A stretch of 64,000 nucleotides of DNA, from contig JAXLYZ010000024.1 of NCBI GenBank assembly GCA_046351155.1, positions 86,044-150,043 of the forward strand, written 5' to 3'. This document shows, one piece after another, positions 48,347 to 59,663 of the stretch. The stretch is from Myxococcota bacterium. Lineage in GTDB: Bacteria; Myxococcota_A; UBA9042; PHBI01. Numbering within the stretch: position 1 is the stretch's first letter; each line of letters opens with the position of its first letter. The notes below the pieces were generated by a model. That model was not told the origin of the DNA. It ran no database searches and saw nothing but the letters and a program-made list of their open reading frames with translations. Position numbers and translations under genes: made by a program.

Positions 48347-50023
48347 TTGAGTCACGACGACCCCACCTTCATCCCGACCCTCGACGACCCGCTGGCGCCG
48401 CCGGTCGCCGCGCCGCCGGCCCCGGCCAACGCCTACGAGGCGGCGCTGGCCGAGGGCGATGCGCTGCGGCGGCGGCCGCTGGTCGCGGGCGGCGTCGAGA
48501 ACATCGCGCGCCAGCACGCCAAGCACCGCATGACGGTGTGGGAGCGCATCGACATCCTGTCGCACGACGAGCCCGACGTGCTCTTCGAGAACTGGGGCCC
48601 GCAGCTCGACGGCGCCTCGCTGGTCACGGCCATCCTCAAGATCGCCGGCCGCGACGTGGCCGTCTACGGCCACGACTTCACCGTGCGCGCCGGCTCGATG
48701 GACGCCACCAACGGCAGGAAGCTGGCCCGACTCTTCCACATGGCCGGCGAGAAGGGGCTCCCCGTCATCGGCCTGAACGACAGCGCCGGCGCCTTCGGCC
48801 GGCCGGCGTCGGCGGCCTCGACGGCTTCTCCGAGGCCTTCACGGCGCTGCGCAAGATCAACGGCGTCGTGCCGAGCATCCTCATGCGTATTCGGCTTCAA
48901 CGCCGGCGGCGGCGGCTACCTCCCGCGCCAGGGCAGCTTCGTCCTCAGCCGGCCGACACCTTCTTCGGCCTCACCGGCCCGGGCGTCGTGAAGTCGGTGC
49001 TCGGCGAGGACGTGTCCTTGACGACCTCGGCGGCCCGAAACTCGTCCACTCGCAGTCGGGCGTGGCCGACCTCACCGCCATCGACGAGGTCGGCGCGCTG
49101 CGCACCGCGCTGCGGCTGCTCGGCTACCTGCCGAGGAGCCGCAACGACGAGCTGGCGCCGTTCCAGCCCACCTCCGATCCGGTCGACCGCGCGACGCGGA
49201 TCGACACCCTCCTGAAGGCGTTCACGTCCCCGAGCGGCTTCAACACGCCCTTCGACGCCGGCTTCATCATCCAGCAGCTGGTCGACCACGGCGACTACTT
49301 TCGAGCTGCAGCCGACGCGCGCGGAACGCCATCACCGCCTTCGGGCGCATCGGCGGCCAGGTGGTCGGCTTCGTGGCGCAGAACAGCGCGTTCGCGTCGG
49401 GCCAGATCGACATCGCCGCGGCCATGAAGGACGCGCGCTTCATCCGCTTCTGCAACCTCTACAACATCCCCATCGTCTTCCTCGAGGACACGACCGGCTT
49501 CCTGCCCGGCCGCGAACAGGAGGCCGGCGGCATCGTGCACGCGGGGCGCGCGCTGCTCGACGCCATCATCGACGTGCGCACGCCGCGCATCCTCGTCATC
49601 ATCCGGAACGCCTTCGGCGGCGCCTACGCGTCCTTCAACTGCTACCCCACCGGCGCCGACCTCGTGCTGGCGCTGCCGACGACGCGCGTCGCGGTCATGG
49701 GTCCGGCCGGCAAGGAGTTCGTCTACAAGGACGAGCTCAGGAAGATCCGCGCGCAGGCCGCGGCCATGGAGAAGGCCCAGGGCGCCGACGCCGCCAGCGC
49801 CTGGCTGAAGGCAGAAGCCGACATCGGCGCGCGCTACGAGCGCGAGCTCATGAACCCGCGCGAGGCGCTGGCGTTGGGCTCCATCTCGCGCATCGTCCAG
49901 CCCTGGGGCTCCGCCGCGTGCTCGGCCGCCAGCTCGGCTTCCTGCTCCGCCACTACCAGCCTGGTCATGACCGCCGTCAGCGAGAGTTCCATTGAGCCGC
50001 TCCACTTCAGGCCATATGAATGA
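48347..50023 (+). CDS. acyl-CoA carboxylase carboxyltransferase (propionyl-CoA carboxylase beta-like); needs many frame changes
   Basis: TTG start. ...[91 protein letters not shown]. Later pieces (...[20 protein letters not shown]...; ...[56 protein letters not shown]...) are in other frames. Confidence 0.65.
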
Positions 50024-50243
50024 TCGCCCATCTGCTCGAATCCGCTGACCACGCGCGACCGCCGCCTGTCGCAGGCGGGCTCGGCCTGGGTGCGCTCCTT
50101 CGCGTGCGAGGACGTCCGGCCGCTCATCGTCTGCCGCATGAGCCCATCCGCAAGGAGGCCATCGGCATCTTCCGGCAGATGGGCATCAGCCGCTTCGGCA
50201 TCCTGCTCTCCGACAAGGACTCGATCGTTTACACCCACGCACT

Positions 50244-52980
50244 TTGGCGCCCGAGCTGCGCGCGCTGAGCGTCGATCAGGTGCACCGCGTGCGCGACTAC
50301 AGCGGCGCGACCAAGGACGAGCGCGTCCAGCGCATGCAGGAGATCGTCGCCATCTGCCGCGCCCACGGCTACAGCCACGTCTTCGCCGGCTACGGCTTCA
50401 TGGCCGAGGACGCCGAGTTCGTGAAGACGCTCGAGCAGGCCGGCCTGGTCTTCATCGGCCCGGGCTCGTCGGTGCAGCTCGCCGCCGGCCTGAAGGACGA
50501 GGCCAAGCGCACGGCGCTCGAGGCGCGCGTGAGCGTCACGCCCGGCGTCGACGACGCCACGCGGCGCGTGCTCTTGCAGAAGCACCCGACGCTGGTCGCG
50601 CTGCGCGAGTGCGCCGCGGCCAACGATCTGCCGGTGGCGCCCGAGGCGCTGGCCGACGGCGCGTCGCTGGCGTCGGCGGCCGACGCCGTCCTGGCCGCGG
50701 CGTACGCGCGGCGCGTCGACCTCTATACGATCGACGAGCTCGGCCTCGAGCTGCAGCGCGCGACGGCCGAGATCATCGCCGCCAACCCGGGCCGGCGCGT
50801 GCGCTTGAAGGCCATCGGCGGCGGCGGCGGCAAGGGCCAGCGCATCGTCGGCGCCGACGCGCTCGAGCGCGTGCCGACGCTGGTGCGCGAGATCCTGGGT
50901 GAGGTGAAGGCGGCCGGTGTCGGCGACAACAAGAACATCCTCCTCGAGATGAACATCGAGGAGACCCGCCACAACGAGATCCAGCTCATCGGCAACGGGC
51001 GCTGGTGCGTGGCGCTGGGCGGGCGCGACTGCTCGCTGCAGATGCACGAGCAGAAGCTGCTCGAGGTGTCGCTCACCAAGGAGGGCCTCGAGGCCGCCAT
51101 CACCTCGGCCGAGCACGAGAAGCTGCCGGCGCGCGCGGCGTCCCTGCGCCTCGAGCTCGCCTCGCTGGTGCGCATGGAGGCCGAGGCCGAGCTCTTCGGC
51201 AGCGCCGTCGGGCTCGACTCGGCGTCGACCTTCGAGTGCATCGTCGAAGCCGACCGCCACTACTTCATGGAGGTGAACACGCGCATCCAGGTGGAGCACC
51301 GCGTCACCGAGCTCTGCTATCGCCTCATCTTCCGGAACCCGGACGGCGCGGTCGGGCAGGGCGGCGACAGCTTCGAGGTGACCTCGCTGGTCGAGTGCAT
51401 GGTGCTGCTGGCGCGGCACGGCGCGCGCCTGCCGCGACCCGAGCGCGCCATGCGCGAGATGCACGCCGTCGAGGCGCGCCTGAACGCCACCAACGGCGCG
51501 CTCGAGCCGCACGCCGGCGGGCTCATCATCTCGTGGAGCGACACCGGCCCGGACGAGATCCGCGACGACCAGGGCATCTGCGTCCGGAACCCCGACACCG
51601 CGTCCTTCATGCGCTACCGCGTGGCCGGCGCGTACGACTCCAACATCGCGCTGCTCCTCACCACCGGCGCCACGCGCGAGGAGCTCTACGCGCGCCTCGT
51701 CGACATGCTGCGGCGCACGCGCATCCGCGGCCACGACCTCCACACCAACCTCGCCTTCCACGTCGGCCTGGCCGAGTGGTTCGCGGCGCGCGACGTGTGG
51801 GCCAAGCCGACGACGCGCTTCGTGCAGGCCTACCTGGCGCAGGTCGGGCTGCTCGCCCAGGCCATGGGCGACCTCGATCTGGCGGTGCTGTGGAGCGAGT
51901 GCGGCCGCGCCTACGAGCGCGCGCTGAAGGGGCTCGGCCTGGCCGACGCCGCGCTGCTGGCCATGAAGAAGGCCTTCGCGCTGAAGGACACGCTGGTGCG
52001 CCGGCCCATCGAGCGGCTGCTCGAGGAGCCGCACCTGTGCTCGGCGTTCCTGTCGCGCGCACTGACCGACCTGGACCTCGGTCAGAAGGCCTCCGGAGGC
52101 GAAGGGCCACAGCGGACGCAGTCCGCTCGCCCTTCGACGGAGGAGGCTGCCCTGGCCGACCTCACGACCGGCGTGCGCTGGACGCGGAACCCGCTCGACG
52201 CGCTCGGCGAGGCCTACTGGCTCATCGGCGAGGATCACCGCGCGGGCGCGCCGGCGGCCAACGTCATCTGGGAGCACGACCACGCGCTGCTCGAGCGCGG
52301 GCGCGCCTTCTATCGCTCGCTCGACGCGCGCCTCGCGGCGGCCGGCGTCGCCGCGGCGACTGGCCGGCGACGGTGGCGCGCCTCGCCGACCCGCTGGCCC
52401 CGGCCGGCTCGACGCCGGACCTGGCGCGCGGTGCGCGGCGCACGTCGGCTTCCAGGCCGGCCTCGAGCTCCTGACGGTGCTGGTGCACGCCGGCGTCGAC
52501 AGCGGCTTCTACCAGCTCGAGGTCGCGCCCGACGGCAGCGTGCCCATCCCCGAGCGGCTGATGGACCGTGCGCTGCAGGACGCCATGCGCAAGGTGCTGG
52601 CGCCGCCGCCGGCCATGCGCGCGAACGAGATCGTCGCGGTCTCGGGCGGCATGTTCTACGCGCAGGAGGCGCCCGATCGGCCGCCGCTCGTGACCAAGGG
52701 CGCCCACTTCGCGGCCGGCGATCTGCTCTACATCATCGAGGTCATGAAGATGTTCAACCGCGTGCACGCGCCGTTCGCGGGCACCATCGACGAGGTGCTG
52801 GTGTCGGGCGGCGAGGGCTCCATCGTGCAGAAGGGGCAGCCGCTCTTCCGCGTGACGCCCGACGAGGCGGTGGCGCACGAGGATCCGGGCGCTGGCGCGG
52901 CGCAAGAAGGAGCGGAGCGCCGCCTACATCGCGCGCGCGTTCGCGACGGCGGCCGATCCGACCTGGTTCTTCGGGCGCTG
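50244..52980 (+). CDS. biotin carboxylase + long linker + biotinyl carrier (BC-BCCP alpha subunit), ~900 aa; needs at least two frame changes near 52.35-52.47 kb
   Basis: ATP-grasp motifs KAIGGGGGKGQRIV and FMEVNTRIQVEHRVTE. Biotinyl motif IIEVMKMFNRV in the frame of ORF 52477... The putative C-terminus ...AYIARAFATAADPTWFFGR* is in a third frame. Confidence 0.65.
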
Positions 52981-53021
52981 AGCCCCGCCCTCACGGCGTC
53001 CGCGGAGCTCGTCTCGGTCGC

Positions 53022-53968
53022 CATGCCGGCGTATCAGGCCGAGGCGTGGATCGGGCGCGCCATCACCAGCTGTCGCTGGTGCAGACCTGGCGCGAGCTCG
53101 AGCTGGTGGTGGTCGACGACGCCTCGACCGACCGCACGCCCGACCTCGTCGCGGCCTTCCGCGACAGCCGCGTGCGCCTCGTGCGCCTCGAGCGCAACGT
53201 CGGCGTCGGCGCCGCCTCGAATGTCGCGCTGGCGCAGGCGCGCGGCGAGCTCGTGGCGCGCCTCGACGCCGACGACTACGCGCTGTCGCACCGCCTCGAG
53301 CGCCAGGTCGCGGCCATGCGCGCCGACCCGAGCATCGCCGTCCTCGGCAGCGGCTACTTCGAGGTGGACGTCGGGCGCCGCGCGCCGGCGCGCGTCCACC
53401 GCCCGTTCACCGGCGCCGGCCTGCACACGCGCTGCACCTCACCTGCCCGCTCAACCACTCCTCGACCATGCTCCGGCGCGCGGCCCTGCCGGCGCACGGC
53501 TATCGCCCGCGGCGGCGCGGCGAGGATCTCGCTCTGTGGCTCGAGCTCGTCGCGGCGGGCCAGCGCCTCGAGAACCTGCGCGAGCCGCTGGTCGTCTATC
53601 GGCGCCACCCGGCGTCGCTCACCGGCGGCGGGCCGGCGCGCGGCACCGAGCTGCGCACGGCCTTCCTGCGGAACGTGCTCGGCCTCGACGTGTCGGTCGC
53701 GACGGTCGAGGCCTGGCACTGCCGCCCGGGTCCGCTGTCGAGCCCGCGCGAGCTGGCGACCCTCGCTCGCGCGCTGACCCCCGACGCGGTCGCGGCCCGA
53801 CGACCGTCGCTGTGGCCGACCTGGCGCGGGCCGCAGCGCGCGGCGGCGTGGCGCTTCTATGCGCGCTGGCTGGCGCGCGTCGCCTGGCACCTCCGGCGCT
53901 GGCCGCGCCTCGCGGCCGCCATCGCGCCGGTCACGGTCGAAGCGTTCGCGCGTTCATTCCAGGGCTGA
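53022..53968 (+). CDS. family 2 glycosyltransferase; needs two frame changes
   Basis: MPAYQAEAWIGRAITS.... ...LELVVVDDASTDRTPDLV...ARLDADDYALSHRLERQV... is in the frame of ORF 50244... ...RRRGEDLALWLEL... is in the frame of ORF 53468..53968. Confidence 0.55.
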
Positions 53969-54055
53969 CGGAATTCAACCGACGGTGAGGCCTCGTCGAC
54001 CATCCAAGGTCCGAGTACAGTCGAGCGTGCGACCCACATCCGCCACGAGGTCTCG

Positions 54056-55012
54056 ATGCCGACGCGAACGCTTGCTCCGCTCTTGTGCGCACTCCCGCTG
54101 CTGGCGGCCTGCCCGCCCGAGGACGACCACGACTCCGACGCCGCCGACGCCGCCGACGCGACCGCGGGCGACGCCGCCGACACCGGCGCCGGCGACGCGG
54201 CGACGACCGACGCCGGGGCCGACGCCGACGCCGAGCCGACCGACGTGGTGGTCGGGCCCATCGCCGCGACGCCGGGCGCGCGCTGCGAGCTGTCCGAGCG
54301 CATCGGCCTGGTCGAGCTCTCGGGCGACGGCGCGTCGATCTATGTGTCGGCCACCGTCTTCGATCGCGCCGACCCGTGGTACGGCGCGCCCGAGCTCTCG
54401 ACTGCGGCGTGCCGCTTCTTCCACTTCACGCCGGTCGGCTGCGGCACCTGCGCGAGCGACGAGGTGTGCGCGCCCGACGGCCACTGCAAGCTCGCCCCGC
54501 TGGGGCGCGCCGACGCGAGCCTCACGCTGAGCGCCGGCGGCGCCACGCAGACCTTCACGGCCGACGCCGCCACCGGCCAGATGTACGGCGCCGTCACGCT
54601 GACCGGCCCGACGTTCGCGCTCGACCTCGACTTCGGCGGGCAGCACGTGACGCTCGGCGACACGACCATGCCCGGCATGGTCGAGGGCGTCGGCGGCGCG
54701 CTCCAGGGCGGCTACGATCACCCGACCGGGCTCGACGTCCACTGGACCGCGCCGGCCTCGGCCGCGGGCTCGCGCGTCTTCACGCACATCCCCATCAACC
54801 ACCACGCCGGCGGCCCGACCTTCACCGAGTGCGACGTCGCCAGCAGCGCCGCGAGCTTCCACGTCGACGGCGACATGCTCGCGCCGCTGGCCGTCAGCAC
54901 CGGCCTCGAGTTCCAGGGCATCGAGCACATGCAGGTGGCGCGCGCCGAGACGCCGCAGGGCTGCGTCGAGGTGCGCTTCCAGGTCCAGCAGTACGTCGAC
55001 CTCGGCTTCTGA
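54056..55012 (+). CDS. lipoprotein with D/A/T-rich linker, hypothetical
   Basis: Lipobox LCALPLLAAC. Linker ...SDAADAADATAGDAADTGAGDAATTDAGADADAE. Intact. Confidence 0.6.
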   Translation: MPTRTLAPLLCALPLLAACPPEDDHDSDAADAADATAGDAADTGAGDAATTDAGADADAEPTDVVVGPIAATPGARCELSERIGLVELSGDGASIYVSATVFDRADPWYGAPELSTAACRFFHFTPVGCGTCASDEVCAPDGHCKLAPLGRADASLTLSAGGATQTFTADAATGQMYGAVTLTGPTFALDLDFGGQHVTLGDTTMPGMVEGVGGALQGGYDHPTGLDVHWTAPASAAGSRVFTHIPINHHAGGPTFTECDVASSAASFHVDGDMLAPLAVSTGLEFQGIEHMQVARAETPQGCVEVRFQVQQYVDLGF

Positions 55013-55155
55013 GCGCGGCGCGCGCAGGGGCGGGCGTCGGTCCGAGCGGCGCTTCTCGTCGATGATGGCGGCGATGCACGCGCGCACACGTCGCCGCGCG
55101 GACGGAACGATGTTCCATCGGATGTCACGCCGAAGGGGCGAAGCCGGAGAGCCCC

Positions 55156-57585
55156 ATGACGCAATCCCACTCCCAGCGACCGCGCGCCAGCCGCCACGCC
55201 GATCCCACCCGTGCCCCCGTCCAGCTCCGCGCGCGTGCGGAAGAGCGGAGCCGCGGCCAGAGCATCGACGACTTCATGGTCTCGCTGACGGCGCCGGCGG
55301 TGCAGCTCGAGGCGTTCGACCAGGCCGTCTCGGACGTCCATGGCGCGCTCGCGCGACGCGCTCCCGCCGACGTCCAGCGCTCGGCTCGCGCCGGGCTCGC
55401 GGGCGGCGCGCGCCCGCTGCCACACCTCGAGCGGATCCAAGAGGCCTTCGGGCCGGCGCACGATCTCTCCGGCGTCCAGGCGCACGTCGGCGGGCCGGCC
55501 ACGGCCGCGTGCGACGACATGCACGCCAACGCCTACGCGACCGGCCAGGACGTCGCCTTCGCGGCGTCGCCCTCGCTCGAGCTCGCCGCGCACGAGGCGG
55601 CCCACGTCGTCCAGCAGCGCGCCGGCGCGGTGCAGCTCTCGGGCGGCGTCGGTCGCAGCGGCGATCGCTACGAGCAGCACGCCGACCGCGTCGCGGCGCG
55701 GGTCGCCGCCGGCCGCTCGGCGGCCGACCTCCTGCCGACCGCGCCGTCTTCCGGCGGCGCGGCCGGCGTCCAGCTCGACGAGAAGGCCGACGCGCCGGCA
55801 CAGGTGGACGCCCCAGCCGCCGCGCCCGCGAGTGAGGCCGCCGCCGGTCGGGCCGCCGCCGACCCGGGCGGGCCGCCCGCGTTCGACGACGAGCGGAAGG
55901 CCAAGATCAACGCGCTCACGCTCCAGGAGCTGAAGTACCTGAAGGAGCGCCTCGACAAGCGCATCCAGCAGGCCAAGGACACGCAGGCGCCGGAGGACGC
56001 GCTCCTCAAGCAGGTGAAGACGTACGTCGACGCGCGCGAGCTGGCGCTGGCAGGCGAGCTCCACAGCGGCGCCGGCGCCTCGACCGGCGGCGACGAGCGC
56101 AAGCGCCACCTCGGCGCGCTCGGGACGCAGGTGAGCGGCGGCAAGTCGTTCGAGACCGGCACGGCGCAGAAGTCGAGCGCCAGCGACCTCATCGGGCCCA
56201 AGGAAGGCGAGCGCGTCGTCGTCAACAAGACCGTCATCGAGGGGGTCGAGAAGACGGTGACCCAGACGCGCTCGGGCTCCGGCGCGAGCGGCCAGACGGT
56301 CGAGGCCAACACGACGGTGACCGCCGAGAAGCAGAACGACAAGGCCAAGGAGAAGACGTCGCGCACCGACGAGCGCTCGACGACGACGCGCGACGGCGAC
56401 AACGTCAAGACGACGACGCGCTCCGCGACCACCGACAGCACGGGCGGCCAGAAGGACTCGCTGAAGACGACCGAGGTCGGCGGCGGCAAGACGACCGTCA
56501 CCGAGACGAAGCGCGAGAGCGCCGACCTCAACGAGGCGAGGAAGGCCAAGGAGAAGAAGGACGAGGACGAGCGGAAGAAGCTCGGCCTCAGCCCGACGAC
56601 GGCGACCAACGTCAAGCTCGCGAGCGGCGAGGCGAGCGTCGCCGCCGGCCAGGACCGCAAGGTCAAGGGCAAGACCGACCTCGGTCACGGCGTCTCCGGG
56701 ACCGGCGAGGCCGAGCTCGCGACCGCCGAGGCCAAGGCCACCGCCGACGCCGCCTGGGATCCTTCGAAGGGCCTCGTGGTGACGGGCGGCGTCAGCGCCA
56801 AGGCGACGGCGGTCTCGGGCGGCTACAAGTTCGAGGCCGGGCCGTACGACTTCTCGCTCGGCGGCGAGGCGCTGCGCGCGACCTTCTCGGTCGGCGTCTC
56901 GGCCGCCGTCGTCGCCGAGGCCTCGGGCGCGCTCTCGGTCAACATCGCCAAGAGCGCCAACAAGGTCGGCATCGAGCTCACGCAGCCGAAGACGGCCGCC
57001 GTGGGCGCCGGCGGGAAGGCCGCCGCCTTCGCCGGAGGCAAGGTCGCGGCCGACATCGGCGCCAAGCTCGAATGGAAGAAGAGCACGAGCTACGCGCAGC
57101 ACATGCGCGAGCTCGGCAAGCGCTACATCTCCTCGTGGCTCGCGCGCGCGCTCCCGGACTCGTGGATCGACAGCCTCGCCAACGTCGTCTACGGCAGCGG
57201 CGGCGTGACGACGATCGCGGCGGTGAAGGCGGGCCTCGAGGGCACCTCGGGGATCGGCGGCGAGATCGGCGGCGGCATCGCCTTCGCGGGCGGGCGCATC
57301 TCCGTCTCGGGCAAGTTCCAGGGGACGCTCGGCCTCGGCGCCGGGACGAACATCAAGGCCGACATCGACGCCATCGACGGCATGCGCCTGCTGGTCATCC
57401 TCATCGCCAACGGGCCGCAGGTGCTCGAGGACTTCGGCATGGCCGGCGAGAAGGTATGGGCCTTCGCCAAGGAGAAGGCGCTGGCCGCGTGGAACAGCTC
57501 GGGCTCGGAGACGAAGTACCCGAGCCGCCCCAAGAGCGAGGAGCAGAAGGCCTATGATCGAGCCGGTCGCAGCAGCCGACGCTGA
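55156..57585 (+). CDS. DUF4157 (zincin-like HExxHxxQQ) domain protein with ~400-aa T/K/E-rich disordered middle and Gly/Ala/Ser-rich C-terminal region; toxin/effector-like
   Basis: GGAGAG RBS. N-terminal domain with ...[14 protein letters not shown].... Followed by ...[46 protein letters not shown].... Intact 809 aa. Confidence 0.75.
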   Translation: MTQSHSQRPRASRHADPTRAPVQLRARAEERSRGQSIDDFMVSLTAPAVQLEAFDQAVSDVHGALARRAPADVQRSARAGLAGGARPLPHLERIQEAFGPAHDLSGVQAHVGGPATAACDDMHANAYATGQDVAFAASPSLELAAHEAAHVVQQRAGAVQLSGGVGRSGDRYEQHADRVAARVAAGRSAADLLPTAPSSGGAAGVQLDEKADAPAQVDAPAAAPASEAAAGRAAADPGGPPAFDDERKAKINALTLQELKYLKERLDKRIQQAKDTQAPEDALLKQVKTYVDARELALAGELHSGAGASTGGDERKRHLGALGTQVSGGKSFETGTAQKSSASDLIGPKEGERVVVNKTVIEGVEKTVTQTRSGSGASGQTVEANTTVTAEKQNDKAKEKTSRTDERSTTTRDGDNVKTTTRSATTDSTGGQKDSLKTTEVGGGKTTVTETKRESADLNEARKAKEKKDEDERKKLGLSPTTATNVKLASGEASVAAGQDRKVKGKTDLGHGVSGTGEAELATAEAKATADAAWDPSKGLVVTGGVSAKATAVSGGYKFEAGPYDFSLGGEALRATFSVGVSAAVVAEASGALSVNIAKSANKVGIELTQPKTAAVGAGGKAAAFAGGKVAADIGAKLEWKKSTSYAQHMRELGKRYISSWLARALPDSWIDSLANVVYGSGGVTTIAAVKAGLEGTSGIGGEIGGGIAFAGGRISVSGKFQGTLGLGAGTNIKADIDAIDGMRLLVILIANGPQVLEDFGMAGEKVWAFAKEKALAAWNSSGSETKYPSRPKSEEQKAYDRAGRSSRR

Positions 57586-58626
57586 CCCCATCCTCACCGC
57601 CGAGGTCCTGGCCGACCTCGGCCTCGCCGACGACGCGCGCGCGAGCTCCGCCGCGACCGCCTCTCTCCTCCCGTGGCGGGTGGCGATGGGGCTCGCGCTC
57701 CTCGACCTGCGCGAGGGCGACGCGCGCGCCGCGCCGAAGCGGGCTTCCAGCACGCGCTCAGCCTGCGCCGCGACGCCCCCGACGCGCTGCTCGGCCGCGG
57801 GCTCGCGCGCCTCGCCCTCGGCCGCCCGAGCGCGGCGCTGGTCGATCTCGTGCGCGCGCGCCGCCGGCGCCGACGACGCGGCGGTGTCGCTCGCGCTCGG
57901 CCAGACCTACGTCGCGCTCGGCCGCCTCGCCGACGCCGAGGGCGCGCTCGCCGACGTGGCGCGGGCGGCGCCGGCGAACCTGGCGGTGCAGGCGGCGCTG
58001 GCGCGGGTGCTGCGCGCGCGCGGGAGAGCGCACGCGCCGAGGACACGCTCGTCGACGCGCTCACGGCGGCGCCCGACGCGCACGCGCTGTGGCTCGGTGC
58101 GCCCGAGGTGATGCACCGCCAGGCGCTCGATCACCTGCGCGCGGGCGACATGGCCGCCGCGAGCGTCGACATCGAACGCCTCGCCGCCGCGGTCGAGCCG
58201 ACCGCGCGCGCGCTGCTCGAGCTCGCCAAGCTCGCGGCCGCCGTCGGCGACGGCGCCGCCGCGGCGGCGCGCATCGACGCGGCGCTGGCGCTGGCCCCCG
58301 ACGTGGCCGAGGCGCACTTCGTCCGCGGCGTCCTCCACGAGCTGGCGGCGCGCCCCGCCGACGCCGGCGCGAGCTACGCCGAGGCGCTCGCCTGCGACCC
58401 GACGCACTGGCGCGCCGCCACGAACCGCGCCGCGCTCCTCGCCGAGGACGGCGACCCGGTCGCGATCGACGAGGCGAGCCGCCTGCTCGACGTCGCGGAG
58501 CGCTACGGTCGAGGCCCGATCCCGCCGCTGCTCGTGACGCGCGCGCGCATCCACGAGCGCCGCGGCGAGGCCGACCTGGCCGCGGTCCTGCGCGAGACCG
58601 CCGCGCTGCTCGCCGACTGGCCCTGA
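57554..58626 (+). CDS. TPR-repeat protein overlapping the DUF4157 gene's 3' end by 32 nt; needs at least three frame changes
   Basis: [24 protein letters not shown].... ...[26 protein letters not shown].... ...[32 protein letters not shown]... (TPR-like helices) spans the frames of ORFs 57554.. and 57673... Confidence 0.5.
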
Positions 58627-58735
58627 GCCGAGCGCGGTCGCGACCGGGGAGCTACGGCGCGGGCAAGACGACATCCTCGGCGCGCGCGAACGCCGACACC
58701 CCGCTCGCGCGCCGCGGATAGACCAGCACGACCCG

Positions 58736-59641
58736 TCACGTCAGCGCTCGGCGACCCACGACGAAGACGACCGGTGCTCCCGGCGGCGCGATGGCGCGCA
58801 CGTCGCCGAAGCCGTGGTCGCGCAGCAGCGCCTCGAGCTGCGGCGGCGTCCAGAGCGGGCCGCCGAACATGGTGGTGCGGAGGCGCCAGCTCGCCAGCGC
58901 GATCGCATCCGGCGCGGCCAGGTTCGGATGCGCCAGCACGAGCCAGCCCCCGGGCCTCAGCGCCTCGCGCGTGCGCACGACCGCGGCCGGGATCGCGCGC
59001 TCGGCCATGAACGCCGTCGGCATCCACGCGAGGTCGAACGCGCCTCGGTCCTCGAGGTCCTCTGCGCCCTGCTCGCGCAGGCTCACGCGCTCGCCGAGCG
59101 ACGAGCGCGCCACCGCTTCACGGGCCAGGCGCAGCGACGGGGCGAACACGTCGATGCCGGTGACGTGGAGGCTCGGGTGGAGCTCGGCCATGGCGATGGC
59201 CAGGCCGCCGGCGCCGACGCCGATGTCGAGGAAGGCCGCGCCGGGAGAGGCCAGCCGCGCGTCCATCCCCTCGAGCGCCGGCACGAGACGCTGGCTGAGC
59301 AGGGTGCCGTGCAAGCGCCCGAAGGCGCCGAAGTCGAGGAGCAGCCGGTCGTCGTCGTAGCTCCACGAGGTCGCGCGCGTGCGCGGCTCGAGCAGGGTGG
59401 CGTCGAAGCGGATGAGGTGGCGGAGCTCGATCGCCAGCGCCGCGGCGTCGTGCGCGCCGACGCCCGCGAGCGTCGCGGCGTCGAGGCCGAGCGCCGCGAG
59501 CAGCTCGGCGATGCGCGCGGCGATGGCTGGGTCGAGCGGCGCGTTGCTGGCCTGGGCGTCGAGCGCCGCCGCCAGCGCGGTGACGCCCATCGCCTGCGGG
59601 TAGCTGCGGTTGATGAAGTCGCGTACTGCTTGCATGCTCAT
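58736..59641 (-). CDS. class I SAM-dependent methyltransferase
   Basis: GGAGGG RBS, then MSMQAVRDF.... SAM motif FLDIGVGAGGLAIAMAE. The upstream part of ORF 58736..60034 is rejected. Confidence 0.75.
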   Translation of the reverse strand: MSMQAVRDFINRSYPQAMGVTALAAALDAQASNAPLDPAIAARIAELLAALGLDAATLAGVGAHDAAALAIELRHLIRFDATLLEPRTRATSWSYDDDRLLLDFGAFGRLHGTLLSQRLVPALEGMDARLASPGAAFLDIGVGAGGLAIAMAELHPSLHVTGIDVFAPSLRLAREAVARSSLGERVSLREQGAEDLEDRGAFDLAWMPTAFMAERAIPAAVVRTREALRPGGWLVLAHPNLAAPDAIALASWRLRTTMFGGPLWTPPQLEALLRDHGFGDVRAIAPPGAPVVFVVGRRALT

Positions 59642-59663
59642 GCGGTTTCCCTCCGAGGCCTGG

